A DNA stretch of 64,000 nt, taken from Raillietiella orientalis (taxonomy: Eukaryota). The stretch's first letter is position 1. Each line of letters begins with the position of its first letter. Location of the stretch: assembly GCA_036172245.1 (NCBI GenBank), contig JAYWIR010000037.1, positions 1,054,001 through 1,118,000 of the forward strand, given 5' to 3'. This document shows positions 1-11,200 of this stretch, in pieces. The position numbers and the translations under genes were made by a program. The notes beneath the pieces were generated by a model. That model did no database searches, was not told the origin of the DNA, and saw nothing but the letters and a program-made list of their open reading frames with translations.

Positions 1-299
1 GTTCCCATGTCTTCCCAGGCCCCACTTAATCTCGTGTCAGCTCCAGACTTCTACGTGGAACTGTGGGCCGAAGACTGCAGGCGCTCAGATGGAGTAAATG
101 GTCTTCATTACGGCTGCTCTTCCTTCCTTTCCAAGCTTATCCCAAGTTTCCATCCTCCTCTTCCCCCATCTCGATTTCTTTCAGAAACGGAGGAAGCTCA
201 AGAAGAAGAAGAATAAAGATGTAATTTAAAGTCGATATTCTTCCCCCCCTTCTCCCCTCCCCCCAAGTATCAAACGGAATGTTCAACCTCATTTGATGT

Positions 300-2200
300 C
301 AATCAACGAAGATAATAATAGGTGTGAGTCCTGGGGAGCCACAATGGGGAGCAGGTGCCATCAACACCAGCTAGCATAGTCCAGTGAAGACCATCCTCAA
401 TGGAAGAGATGACTTGATGCAGCGCATCTATCTTAAGGGAATCTCTGTAGAGCAGGCTGGCTCCCTTGGTTGTAGATGTGCCCAGCCCCACGTTTTTTGC
501 TCCCGTGCCGAACCTAGGGAACTAGGGACAAAAGCTTTCTTCGTCTCCCTGAACGGGCAGTGACGAGCCCTCGTGCCAGAAGCCAAAGTCAGAACTGCAG
601 AATAGATAGACCGGTCCACTGTGCCTGCAGCCTCTTTGCCGAAGGGTTCAATGCTCCCCGAATGATCCTATCCGACCCAGGGGGCGAGGGACGGAGCCAC
701 TAGCATCTCATGAGAACTTGCCAAAGAACTGTCTGGAATCCTTCCCTCTCTCCTTCAGCCACCACACTGCAGTGGACGAATTTATTTATTTTATTTGTTG
801 CCTCCCATCCTCCCTCAGCGAGCCTCTTGACCGTGCGGCAGTCGGCAGCCCGTCCACATTCTACTTCGAAGCCATAGAGCTGCCCACTGACTTGTTTGTT
901 GATGTACACATTTGTTGTTTGCCTAAATGAACGATTTGTGTGACCAAATGACGACGAAGAAAAGCAAACTCTGTGTCTTTTCTTTCTCCCCTCCCTCCGC
1001 GAGGATAGCCCGAGGAGGAAAAGGAGTCTTCTCTCACAGAGACGCTCTTCTTCCCTGTGCCTTTTGGCTCTGCGCAGGGAGTCGAGCGAGGTCCTCTTTC
1101 CCTTCACTCTCAGGGAGCGATCCTGATGCCCTCGTCGATCGGAACCTCAATCGTTAGGATCGAGCAGACTTCTGCTGCTGCCAATGCCCTGCTCACAGAT
1201 ACACCTGGGTCAATCCCGGGGTTACAGAATCTAGCAGCGATCCGGGTTCCCCGTGGAAACCTTGCTGCTGGTTACTTGAGGGATTTTTCCCCTCTCTTTC
1301 GAGATCACTTGCAAACTCGCTGCGCGCCGGCGGAACCTCACTCTTCGCCATCCTCCTCGGAACAATCCCTAATCACTTCCGCTCCTCCCGCCATCCAATG
1401 ATACCTCGCTCTCCTGTCTCCCCAGCTGCACCACAGCCCTCCGCCACAATACTTCAAGTTCAGCTCCACAAAGCAAGGCAGGGGTTGCCGATGGGCGATC
1501 TTTCATCTCCGACACCAATTAAATCATCACCGTGAATTGTCCATCCCGCCTTGGTGCTGCCCGAACTCAGAGAGGACGTCATGCTTGTTCCGATGGATGC
1601 AGAGGGGACGTTTAGTAGTGGGTGGTTGAGGGGGGAGTAAAGGGCGTCAGAGAAAAAAGTCAGCTGGCACCAGATGGCATCCGTGGGCAGAACATCACGG
1701 AGTAGGTCCACGACAGAAGGAGCTTCGTAGAGGAACGTGTCATGGGATGAATTCTTGTCGCTTCGCTCCCGGCTAAGGCACGAAGTTACTCCTTGAGAGA
1801 GAAGCCTGACTCAGGACCCTGGCACTACCGTCCGTTCCTGATTTCGATCCGAAGCTGTAGCGGGGGCGCTAGAGCTGGTACGTACCCGCTGCCACAGATC
1901 TTTAACAGAAAGAGAGGGCGATGAGCATCCGTGAGAGGCGCTCGTGTCAGGACTTCGGGTGCGTTAGCGCTCTGGAGGCTCCGACGGGGCGACAGCACCC
2001 CCACACTCACTCTCCATCGGCTTTGCCACTGGGTCCGGAGGAGGAGGACTAGCAGACACGAGGATGGGCCGAGCCGAGGCGTGGGGAAGCGGAGGGAGGA
2101 GCAGGACCCAAGAAGAGCCGTCGAAGAAGGGGCCTGGAGTTCTTTTCCCGATTTGTGGCGCGAAACCACCCTCGGATCCCCGTCACTCGGGGGCAGAAGC
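300..2200 (-). mobile_element. Heavily degenerate DIRS-like retrotransposon pol/tyrosine-recombinase remnant
   Basis: Minus-strand peptides occur in DIRS order. GDPRVVSRHKSGKEL (~2135-2180) resembles DPWVLxxIxxGYxL. RPLFLLKICGSGYVPAL (~1870-1920) resembles SPLFLVPKxxGxxRPIL. DLLRDVLPTDAIWCQLTFFSDALYSPLNHP (~1620-1711) resembles the DLKDAYxxIPIHP region. S*T*SIVAEGCGAAG..GWREE (~1383-1465) resembles RNase H TDASxxGWG..W. ARFCNPG lies at ~1215-1235. VLTLASGTRA (~565-597) resembles YR LLALASxxR, and THTYYYLR* (303-330) resembles the YR C-terminus. There are many stops and deletions and no intact YxDD. Confidence 0.45.
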
Positions 2201-2419
2201 TTCGCACCTTGCGAGGACTGCGTGGAGCGCACGCTGTCCCTTCCACCCCCTTCCCTGCTCCTTCCCGCTCCGGGATTGTCCTTCCGAACCGCAAACCGCC
2301 CTAATCCGATGTGTTCACAGGGAACCCAATGTTTCCGTAGACCTTTGTGCCGCAGTGAAGTCATTTGTTTCCAGTTGGTGACCTCAAAAGACATCCGATG
2401 GCTTTGGAGATCGTTGCCG

Positions 2420-2500
2420 GGCAAAGAAGGAGAAGGAGAGGAGGAAAAAAAAAGAAAAAAAGAAAGAAAGAAAGAAAAGGAGAGGAGGAGAAGAAAAGGG
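2420..2500 (+). repeat. Purine-rich (A/G) low-complexity tract
   Basis: aaagaaggagaaggagaggaggaaaaaaaaagaaaaaaagaaagaaagaaagaaaaggagaggaggagaagaaaagggg. Confidence 0.85.
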
Positions 2501-4524
2501 GACGCCCGCGAACAATAGGGAGGCGAAGTCTAAGGGAGGCCCGACGTAGAGGATGTTGAAGGTTCCGTGAATGCTTGCAAACGTTTGGAGTGGGGTCGCA
2601 GGAAAAGAAGCAGAAAATAATGGCGCGTTCCTTCCACAAAGGTAGGGGGGAGACACGGGACGCCCCGAAGTGTCGCCTCTCGGAGCGCCGGCGAAGAACG
2701 GGGACCGCGTCGGGCGACATCCCGAGAACAATCTCTGTTTTCTCTCCTGACAGTCCGGGGATGATATACAACTGGCAAATGAGGTTGCGCCATCCATCTC
2801 CGTGGGTCTACGACAGGGCGCGCCCGGTCTGGAGGGACCCGCGCGCCTGGCGTGACTTTGACAACTCAATCGCCCTCGCTTGCTCGCGCGCGTCTTCCTT
2901 TCCCCCCTCCCTCCCTCCAAAAGGATCGCCTGGAGGATGAAAGTCGCCCCTCGCGGAGACTCTCTTTCGGCACGCTCCTTATTCCCCGAGCCCCTTGGCT
3001 TTACGCTGGGAGTCAGGCGAGGCCCGCCTACGCCCTCCTTTTCTTCCCGGACGTGCCGTGCCATGCGGGCAAGCGCCAAAAAGAGAAGAAAACAAAACAA
3101 AGAGAAAGGAGGGAGGATGGAGTTCTCGCCGCAACTTGCGGGGACAGAGGCCACGGGAGGGAAAGGGAGGACGCAGAGGAGGTGGGGGAGGACTGCACGG
3201 AGCTGAGAGGAACGCCAACCTTTGAACGCCTTCTGCCAAGCGGCGCAAGCAGCAGCGAGTGACCTCAAGGGCAAGCAGGGTCCCGGTGTCCCCTAGGATG
3301 AAGAAGCGGGGAGTAGGGGATTCTTCTATAGCCTCCCTACGGGAGAGTCGGCGTCGGCAGGCGGCATCCCTATGCAGCCTGAGAGCGGGCTCCTTTCCCT
3401 GCGCGTCTTCGAGGACGATGAGGCTGCGTGACACGCGTTGGCTGGCTCCCTCCCCCCTCTCGCTGCGAACGGGAAGAGGCTCGGCCGACGGCCTCTGGAG
3501 CATCCACGGGGGTAGCGACAAGGTCCCAGCGGGAGACGGCGACGTTACCTCCTCGCCAGCCAGGTCACGACCCGAACGGGAGAGACACAACCACCCGTCC
3601 ACCCCCCTCCTGGGCGACTCGGTAGGCGAGAGGGATGGAGCGCACCTTGAGAACTTGAGACCACAAGGCTCAAGCGGAACGGTTCGTCCGAAAGGAGGGG
3701 TTGAGGAGCATCAGGGATGAACGATGGCTACGAGCCCCGAAAAAGCATCACCACCACTAGCTCCAGCGGTCGCTCCCGAGACTTCTTGGCAGGAGTCACC
3801 GAGAGGAGAGTCATCGAAAGGGCGCTTCCTTCTAGTGTAGGCGACTGCGACGAGCAGCTTCCGCTGCCAGGCGAATCAACCCAGCGGAAGCCAAGAGGAC
3901 ACTGCGGAGCTTCCCGTCCAGTCGCTGCTCCGGGGCATCTGCCGATCCGGAACGAAGGGGAGAAAAGGGCTAACTATCCTCTCTGAGGGGATGACTATGG
4001 CAACGAGCCCCGAGGGCCTGCGTCGGGAATTGGAGGAAGGGGAGAAAATGGGGTGAAACCGCCGGTTCTGTCCTGCGTGCTCCCGGGCAGCTGTCCCGAG
4101 AGTCGCTTTTGTTTCGTATTCCAGTTGGGGTCACGTCGCTTCACCTTGTGTGAGAACGAGGGACCCAGAGACCGACTCCTGCTCCCTCCATCTTCGGCTG
4201 CCTCTGCCTCCCTCGCCGCGAGGCAGAAGGCGGCTGCCGGCGAAGAGGATGGAGAAATGGGAGGGAGGAGGCAGATCAGCGCCTCCCACTCTGCCAGATG
4301 TGCCTCTTCCTCCAGGTGCGGGAGGGGTCTCATGGACCCGCAGAAGGAGACCCACGAATGCACCATGCCCTCTGCAAAACTGGCGGAGAGAGGAAAGGAA
4401 CGAATCCTGGGAGCTTCCTGGGGGTGCGAGCGATGCGGGACTCAGGGCAGGCGACCCCTATGGACCCCGACTCGCAGACGACGTCGGATAACCAGGGGGG
4501 AGGGCGAACGAATAGATTCCCGAT

Positions 4525-4559
4525 CTCTGCAGATGGCCTGCGGAAGGCCATCTGCAGAG
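4525..4559. repeat. Perfect 15-bp inverted repeat (hairpin, 5-nt loop)
   Basis: ctctgcagatggcct-gcgga-aggccatctgcagag. Confidence 0.9.
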
Positions 4560-5290
4560 CCCTTTTCTTCAGGTTAGGGCACCCCGGATGGGGGGGATCG
4601 CACCTCCCACCATGGTTGTCTCCGAAGGAGAACCCCGAAGGGAATTTCCTTCCTCATTCTCTCCGGAGGGACACCCCCCGGGATGAGGGGTGGTCCTCTC
4701 CATTTCATCTTCTCCGAAGGGAACTCGGAAAGGATCCGCTAGTAGGAATTTCTTTTCCGGAGGGAACCCACAAGGGAACCACTCCTGTTCACTCCTCTGA
4801 AGAGAACCTTGAAGGGACGCTTCCGAAATTCAGAAGGGGAGCTGCAGCTTCCCTCAGGGGGATCGCTCTCGCTCGCTTCCTTGCACTCTTCTGAAGAGGC
4901 GGCTACTTGAGGATCCCCCCCGCAACAGGAGGGGTCCGCTCCTTTAAACAACTGGATAGGTGCCCGTGAGGGCTCCTTGCTCCATGTTGAAACCGGAAGG
5001 GTACCCCGCTAAGGGGGTCCGCTCTCCGTTGTACGACCGGAGGGGGAACTCCCCGCTCCTTGATTCCTGGAAGGACCCGAAGGTCGACTCCCATTGTTCC
5101 GGCCTTCATCAGGGGCCTCCGGCTTAAACGACCACCGGTGCCACGCCCGAATGTCTCGGCCAACCAGCGCCATTGCAGGAGAAACTCGGAACCCAACGAC
5201 GCAGTTGCGTCAGTTTCTGCCAGAGTATTCGATCCCGCGACGCATGGTGCCACGCGCGGAAGCCTTAACCACAATGCCTCCGATGGCCTT
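4560..5290 (-). mobile_element. tRNA-derived SINE-like repeat, copy C
   Basis: Reverse-complement head tgtggttaagg...cgcgtggca...gcgggatcgaatac has A/B-box-like motifs. The body aligns with 36890-37490: aatttcggaagcgtcccttcaaggttctcttcagagg...ggttccctccggaaaagaaa versus aatttagaagcatcccttcggggtcctcttcagaag...ggttccctccggagaagaaa. Confidence 0.7.
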
Positions 5291-8200
5291 CCATAAAAAG
5301 GTTATTTGTGGACCATGAATCCTGATAAAATATCAAAAATGGATGAAGAGGTGCAAAAGTGGTCTCGCAAGGATCCTGTGGCTATTAAACCAGCCATGGT
5401 CAATCCTGATAATCTTGAGTTCTTGGAACGAGGAGAGCTAAAGATTGACTGTAAGGAGAGGCACACCTCTGGATCATTAGACAGTGAAGAAGAGGAGGAG
5501 GTAATAGTGCCTACATCATTGATAGAAAGCTCCTCTCCTGAGAACACTTGTGCGACCCATTTCCGGGTTCAGGAGAGAACCGTTAGAAAAGAGGTGGCAG
5601 CATCCCACGTCTGATTCGGAAACAAAGCACTGCGAGGAGCTCGGGATCATTTCCGAAAGAGGGAGGGAAATAGCCTTGGGGCATTTCTCCGCCGAAGCCC
5701 TTCTCGACCCCACCGACCGAGGAGAACGCAAGACCATGCAGTCCATGAGTTGCCCGACAGACAGACCCCAAAAGATCTTCCTCCCTCGATGTACACTCCT
5801 GCCGTGGAAACCTGAGAGCCGCCTCCGGCCCAGGAAGCCTAGCCTTCGTCTGTTATCCCTCCCTTCTTCCCTGCGCAGAGAGCGAGCCTGGAACGCCGGT
5901 GCGGAGGCTCTCGGGACGCTCGGAACGATCCGACAATGCTCTCTATTCTTCGCCTTGGGACGCTCCCAGACTTTCGACCGCTCCCGGAATCGTCCCGCAC
6001 ATGTTGCTGAGCCCGCAGACTGAGCAGAGGGTGGTGGGCAAGAAGTTCCCTGCATGCTGACCGTGACGCAGAATCCCCCTCACTGCCGACGATGAGGGAT
6101 GGAGAGATTGTCGTTCTCTTCGCTGTGAGCCGAATCTCAAAGCAGCACCTTTTCTTCGACCTTGAGCTACATGAAGCCCTCTTCTTAAGGGGCTTCTCGA
6201 TTCCCCCCGCGATCTCCGCCTGGAACTTCTTTGCCTCCATCCAGAGCCCTTGAAAGCAGCTGCGCCTGCCCCCCTCCCCCATCTCTCCAGCTTCCCCGAT
6301 TAATGGCATCAGACAGCAACATATGGAACAGAACGGGTTAGAAGGGAGGGAAGAGGAGATGAAAAAGGAACAGCACCTTTTCCGATGCGGCTCATTTTGT
6401 GGTTTGGGCAGAGTGGGAATTTTAAGAGATTAAAGACCGGATTTTATCGGGATTTCCGGCAGGCACGCTACGCTACAGCGCATTCCGAGCAGAGGATTGT
6501 CCCCGAAAGTGGGAAAGAGGGTGACTGTCCCCTTGGGCGAGCTGCTTTTGCTTCCCGGAACTATTCCAAACGGAAACAATGTGGAGTCCTGCCCATGCCC
6601 GTGCCCCGGAACCCAAACGACCGCGTCCTGCTGCTGCTGCTGTTGCCACGATATCCAAATTTTCCTTTCTTCTTTCCCACCCTTCCTCTCCTTGCTCATT
6701 ACGGGTAGGGTGTTGAGTGAAGAGGACGAGATCCACATTGTTGCTGTCTACGCCCTCTCATCCTCCGTGAGTCTGATCCTGACGAGAAGCGACCCTGCAG
6801 CTCGAGAGCTCCAGAATTGGAAGGGGAGAGAGCGAGCATACCTTTAGAAACTGCTGCGTAAACCACGGAAGCCCAAGCGCTCATCCCAGGGTCACGAGCG
6901 AGCTCCTGCGCCCACCGAGCTGAGAAGCCGCCTTCAGACGGTGCCCAGGGAATTGCGGCTGAGGTGCTGCCCGTTCTTGAGTGACTGCTGTGGCGGATTT
7001 ACGACGGCCAGTTTTACGTGGCTTCGGAAAAGTACCGGATGACTGCAAACTCGCGAAGCCGCAAATGATCCCGTTCTTCTGCAATCCTTTGTGAGAGGAT
7101 CCGTGGAAGTCAACAGGGCCAGCGGATCCGTGGGCTGCTCTTATCTCAATCAGATTCATGGCGAATTCTCTAGGAGATTCACTGTGAAGCCGTAAAAATC
7201 CGAGATTTTTACAGCCATGATGGAAGGCAGTAAAAGTGCACGTGCTTTCTTCGGCAGCAACGTGTCCGAGGAAATGGGTTCGGGTGGAATGGACCTCAGC
7301 GACGGAACCGCCTCCCGAGCGGGCGAACACGACGCAGGGAGTCGCATGAGCGTCCTTCCCCAGGCCAACCTGTGCGGATGACATCTGCTTTGCTCCACCG
7401 GCTTGGAAACTTGCAGCTTGGAGGAGACTCCTGGCCGTGGTCGGGGTGGTCAGGATGGAGGTCGGTGCTGCAGCTGCATTATGGTACCTTCCCGTAGGCA
7501 TATGGAGATCTTGTTGTCCCATTGCTATCTGAGCGAGACATGAGATGAACTGTAGAGACATGCCCACGAATCCGTACCTAAGGTGATACCTGCATCTCTG
7601 AGGACCTGGTCAAGCATTTTCTTGGAGCTTTCCCCGGTCGTTTTAACTTTACTAGAACCGTGGATGAAGTAGCTGTCATCAGGAACGACTCAGAAATCGT
7701 CAGTGACTAAGCTCATCGGATCGATAGATGCAGCACGACGACCCTGAAGGCGACTAAGTTTTCCTTTCTCATCGCGATGCTCACAGTCTTGTCATCCGGC
7801 AACAGCCAAAGGGTGACCGCTACACCATGAATGACAGGCGATCGTTCAGCTAAAATCGTCAGCACCTGAGCGAATGCTTTTAAGATGAGCAACTCTTTCG
7901 GAAGATTCCGGTCCGTTGCCCAAAAGTCCATTTTGGATTGTCGACATCGAAGTACAGGAAAGAATGACAAGAGAGGAGAAGTAAAAATGCATGAGAGGTA
8001 CGCACCTTCTCACTCCAATTTTCGCAAACTGCATAATTGCAAAGTTTCGTATTCACAGATTCATTACGTAATACAGTTACAAATACGTTAATCATACGCA
8101 TTAAAGTATGCATGCTAATAATACCAAGTGGAAACCGATCAGCGACACTTTTTGTCTTTTTGAACGGCAGGACGTTTCATTTTCTACTCTTTTTCCTGAC

Positions 8201-11200
8201 GTTCCTCTCTACGCGCTGTATCGCTTTGCGTCCCTGCACTTAGCGCATACGTGCATCCTCGCTATGGACTCAACCCCGAAGTTTCTGGAAAATCTGGCAC
8301 CTTCCCGAAAAACCAACCTAATCGCATTTCCTGCGAGGATTATGAGGATCTACCCGCTCGCGGAAGATTCTCTCGCCTTCGCTCCCGGATGCTCTGGCTA
8401 CGTGTGAACGTTGAGTGTGGGAGGTGATTACGCATGAAGGAATGGAAACGCTGGAGCCACGAGACGTCCTTTCGATGTGGTGCCACTAGTCCCTGAGTCC
8501 TTTGATCGGGATAGAAACGTCATTCCTTGGGAAGTGTGGTTCGGAAGCTTCTTGTTCTCGCATCTTGTTCTGGACGTGGACATACACGTGGAAAACATAG
8601 CATGCCAGGACTACGGCGTTTACCTGCAGTGTCCCCTCTATTCATGCGACCTATTCGAAAAAAACTCTCTTGACGTTTTCCTTACTGCATTGGAGACTCT
8701 ATTTTATTTATATGAGAAAAAATCCAATGGAAATGTATAAAAGGATAATGGCGATCAGCGAGTGTCTCTTTAATACAAAGAAGGGCTCCTAACGAATCGC
8801 TGTTTCCACAAAAAAAGGAAAAAAGGAAGAAAAAGAAAACAATTGTAGAAAGAAATAACCAAAAAAGCAGTAAGGGGAAGCATTTCGAATCCCCCTGAAC
8901 GGGTCACGAGCGATGAAAACGTAAGCCACAGAGAGACCCTTCTGGAGGACTGTTCAAAGTGTAAAACACGCAGCGCAAAAAAACACTCCGTCCTTTTTGC
9001 TGCTTCCCTTTTTTGTTCTCAGTTTTTTTTTTTTTTTTTGTATGTGCGTGTGTGTTTATCTGGAAAAGCCTACAGGGAAACAAAAGGAGCTTTCGCCCGC
9101 GAATTCCGAAATAGTCGCAAAGTTCAGCGGGAGAACGATGAAGAGGCCGCAACCACCATCGTGCGCGGTTCGGAAACGTCGAACACGCTAAACACGGCGG
9201 TGGTGTAGCGATCAGATGTGGCGACGAGTAAGAGAACCCACGAAGCTCACCACAGTGTGAACCGAAGGAAACTCTGGAAAGCACACAAAAGGGAAACCAC
9301 CAGGAGATCCGGAAAGTGGGCAGGGCTCTTTGGCGATGCATCCGATGCTTCGGGGAACTGCTCGAAATGAATGCACCTCTTCCTCCTCTCCCGCACGTGA
9401 TAAATCAGTGCAGATGGGCGCTTAGGCAAGGATGAGAAGAGTTTCCTTGGTCTTCTTCCGCTGCTTTTATGTAGCACCTTAGTGTTCTTGAATTCCCAAT
9501 GTTTCGGCTCCAGTGGCAGCGATTACGAGTACGTTTATGACTGACCATTCGGTATGTGCTCAGTCGCTTCGGGCAGCAAATCTTCCATCTGATGACATCT
9601 AATCCATCGTCATTATTTCACTACTGCACAACTTACTACAGTTCTGCTCTAAGTGCACATTCTTCTGGCGGGAAGAAAGAGTTCTCTGATTTTCAAGGGG
9701 AGGGAAGTCGATTCCTCCGTTATTTCGGCTTCCAAGGGTCGCAGCTTTTACCAGCGGATGAGAAATAAAGCGCTCAGCAAGGACTCTCTCGCATTGAAAA
9801 GCGCCACGCGCGATTTTTATTCGTCTCCGTAGAAACCCAAAAGGCACATCCTAGTTTATCCTAGTTATCCCAGTTTTTCCTGAACGGAATCATTTCCTCC
9901 AGACACCTCAGACGCTGGATATGGATTTTCTAGACATCACAGAAGAATTGCCTCTTCCCATTGTTTTACTCGAGAGATTCCATAAATACATCTTGAACAC
10001 CTCTCATTCCTTTCCTAGCAAACAGTAAGTTTACGACCAGAAGCAGGAATGGAATGCTGTGAACAATTTCCCTCCTCGATCCTCATCACAATTTAATGAT
10101 ACTAAAAGGATTGCGTTTTTTGATATGACCTTGAATGTATATTATATAGCACTCGTGTTAGCACTCGCGCTACAGGACGTTCCTAAACTTTTTTTTCCTG
10201 AGACCTTCCAAAAGAGAAATCTGAAAAAATGTCCTGCGACAGCTGCTCACTGCTAAAAGAGTGTTCCCCATTACTACGCATTCATTTCGGTTACTGACGG
10301 AATCGCTACCGCGTGTTCCTAAACCTTCCTTAGCTGAGGACAATCGTTTTTCTGCAGCATTAACTTCCGCTGTCTTGATCCTGGAAAAGGTAGCCTGGCT
10401 CTTGTGAGGCTATTCCATATTACTTGACAAAGCATTATCCTTTAGGTAGTCTTCACCAACGATCATTCGATTACTCATCGCAACTGACTTTCTGGAAGGG
10501 AGAACCGGATGTGGTGGTGATTATCTTCTGAGATGCATTCTTGCCCTTCTAGCTGACAGTACAGTATGAAAAGTTTCTCTGAGCCGCCATAAGCCTCCAA
10601 CAGAACATCGATTCACGGACACAAACCACGGAAACAAAGGCCATTAGGATATATTATTTCTTCACAAGTGTTAAGAAAGACCATGGTTACATTCCGTCTT
10701 TGTTATGAACTTCATTTTCGAAGAAGCAGACGAGAGAGTCAATCAGCACTCCTCACTCTTTGTTAAAAGATGGAAATTATCATCAATCAGGCAAAAAAAC
10801 ATGCCTACATTCCTCTAGACTGCTACCTTATTGCCCTTTAACATGGAAAGCATCTGCTGGAAAAAATGTTGAGCTCCTTTTATTCTGCGGCTAATGCCAG
10901 CAAAGGACAACGGAGCAGCAAAGATCCCCAGATACATTTTTCAGATCCTCAAGCAGAATGCGTGTTCTCTAGAGATTCACACGAGTTCTCATTACTGTCG
11001 TCCCAATCTAATGAGAGTAACAGAATCTACTGTTTCCCTACCAAGTGGTTGATTTTGACGTTGCTTTAGACAAAAAAGTGGTCTCTCCTTGTTGCTTGGG
11101 AGAAAAACATACCATGGCCACCGCATGATGCTCTGTGGCTATTCGCTTATAGGAATCGCCTGTGCAATGAAATCCCTGCGGATGCATTTGGACTTTGGAG

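Larger units (their letters stand above)
2400..6310 (-). mobile_element. GC-rich Ser/Arg/Pro-rich region, possible decayed gag/ORF1 of the same DIRS-like element (interrupted by a SINE)
   Basis: High GC, with overlapping low-complexity ORFs in several frames, directly upstream of the RT-like peptides on the minus strand. No diagnostic motif seen. Confidence 0.25.

Noticed and set aside
2361..4894. Many long overlapping ORFs (up to 296 aa)
   Set aside because: They are open in several frames on both strands because of high GC and low complexity, and show no host-protein motif.
6881..7567. 228-aa minus-strand ORF
   Set aside because: Non-ATG start, no recognisable domain and no convincing splice context, so it cannot be supported as a CDS.
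8487..8624. Possible terminal exon VNAVVLACYVFHVYVHVQNKMREQ...
   Set aside because: The boundary cag|gtaaac reads equally well as a donor, and no linked upstream exons or homology are recognisable.
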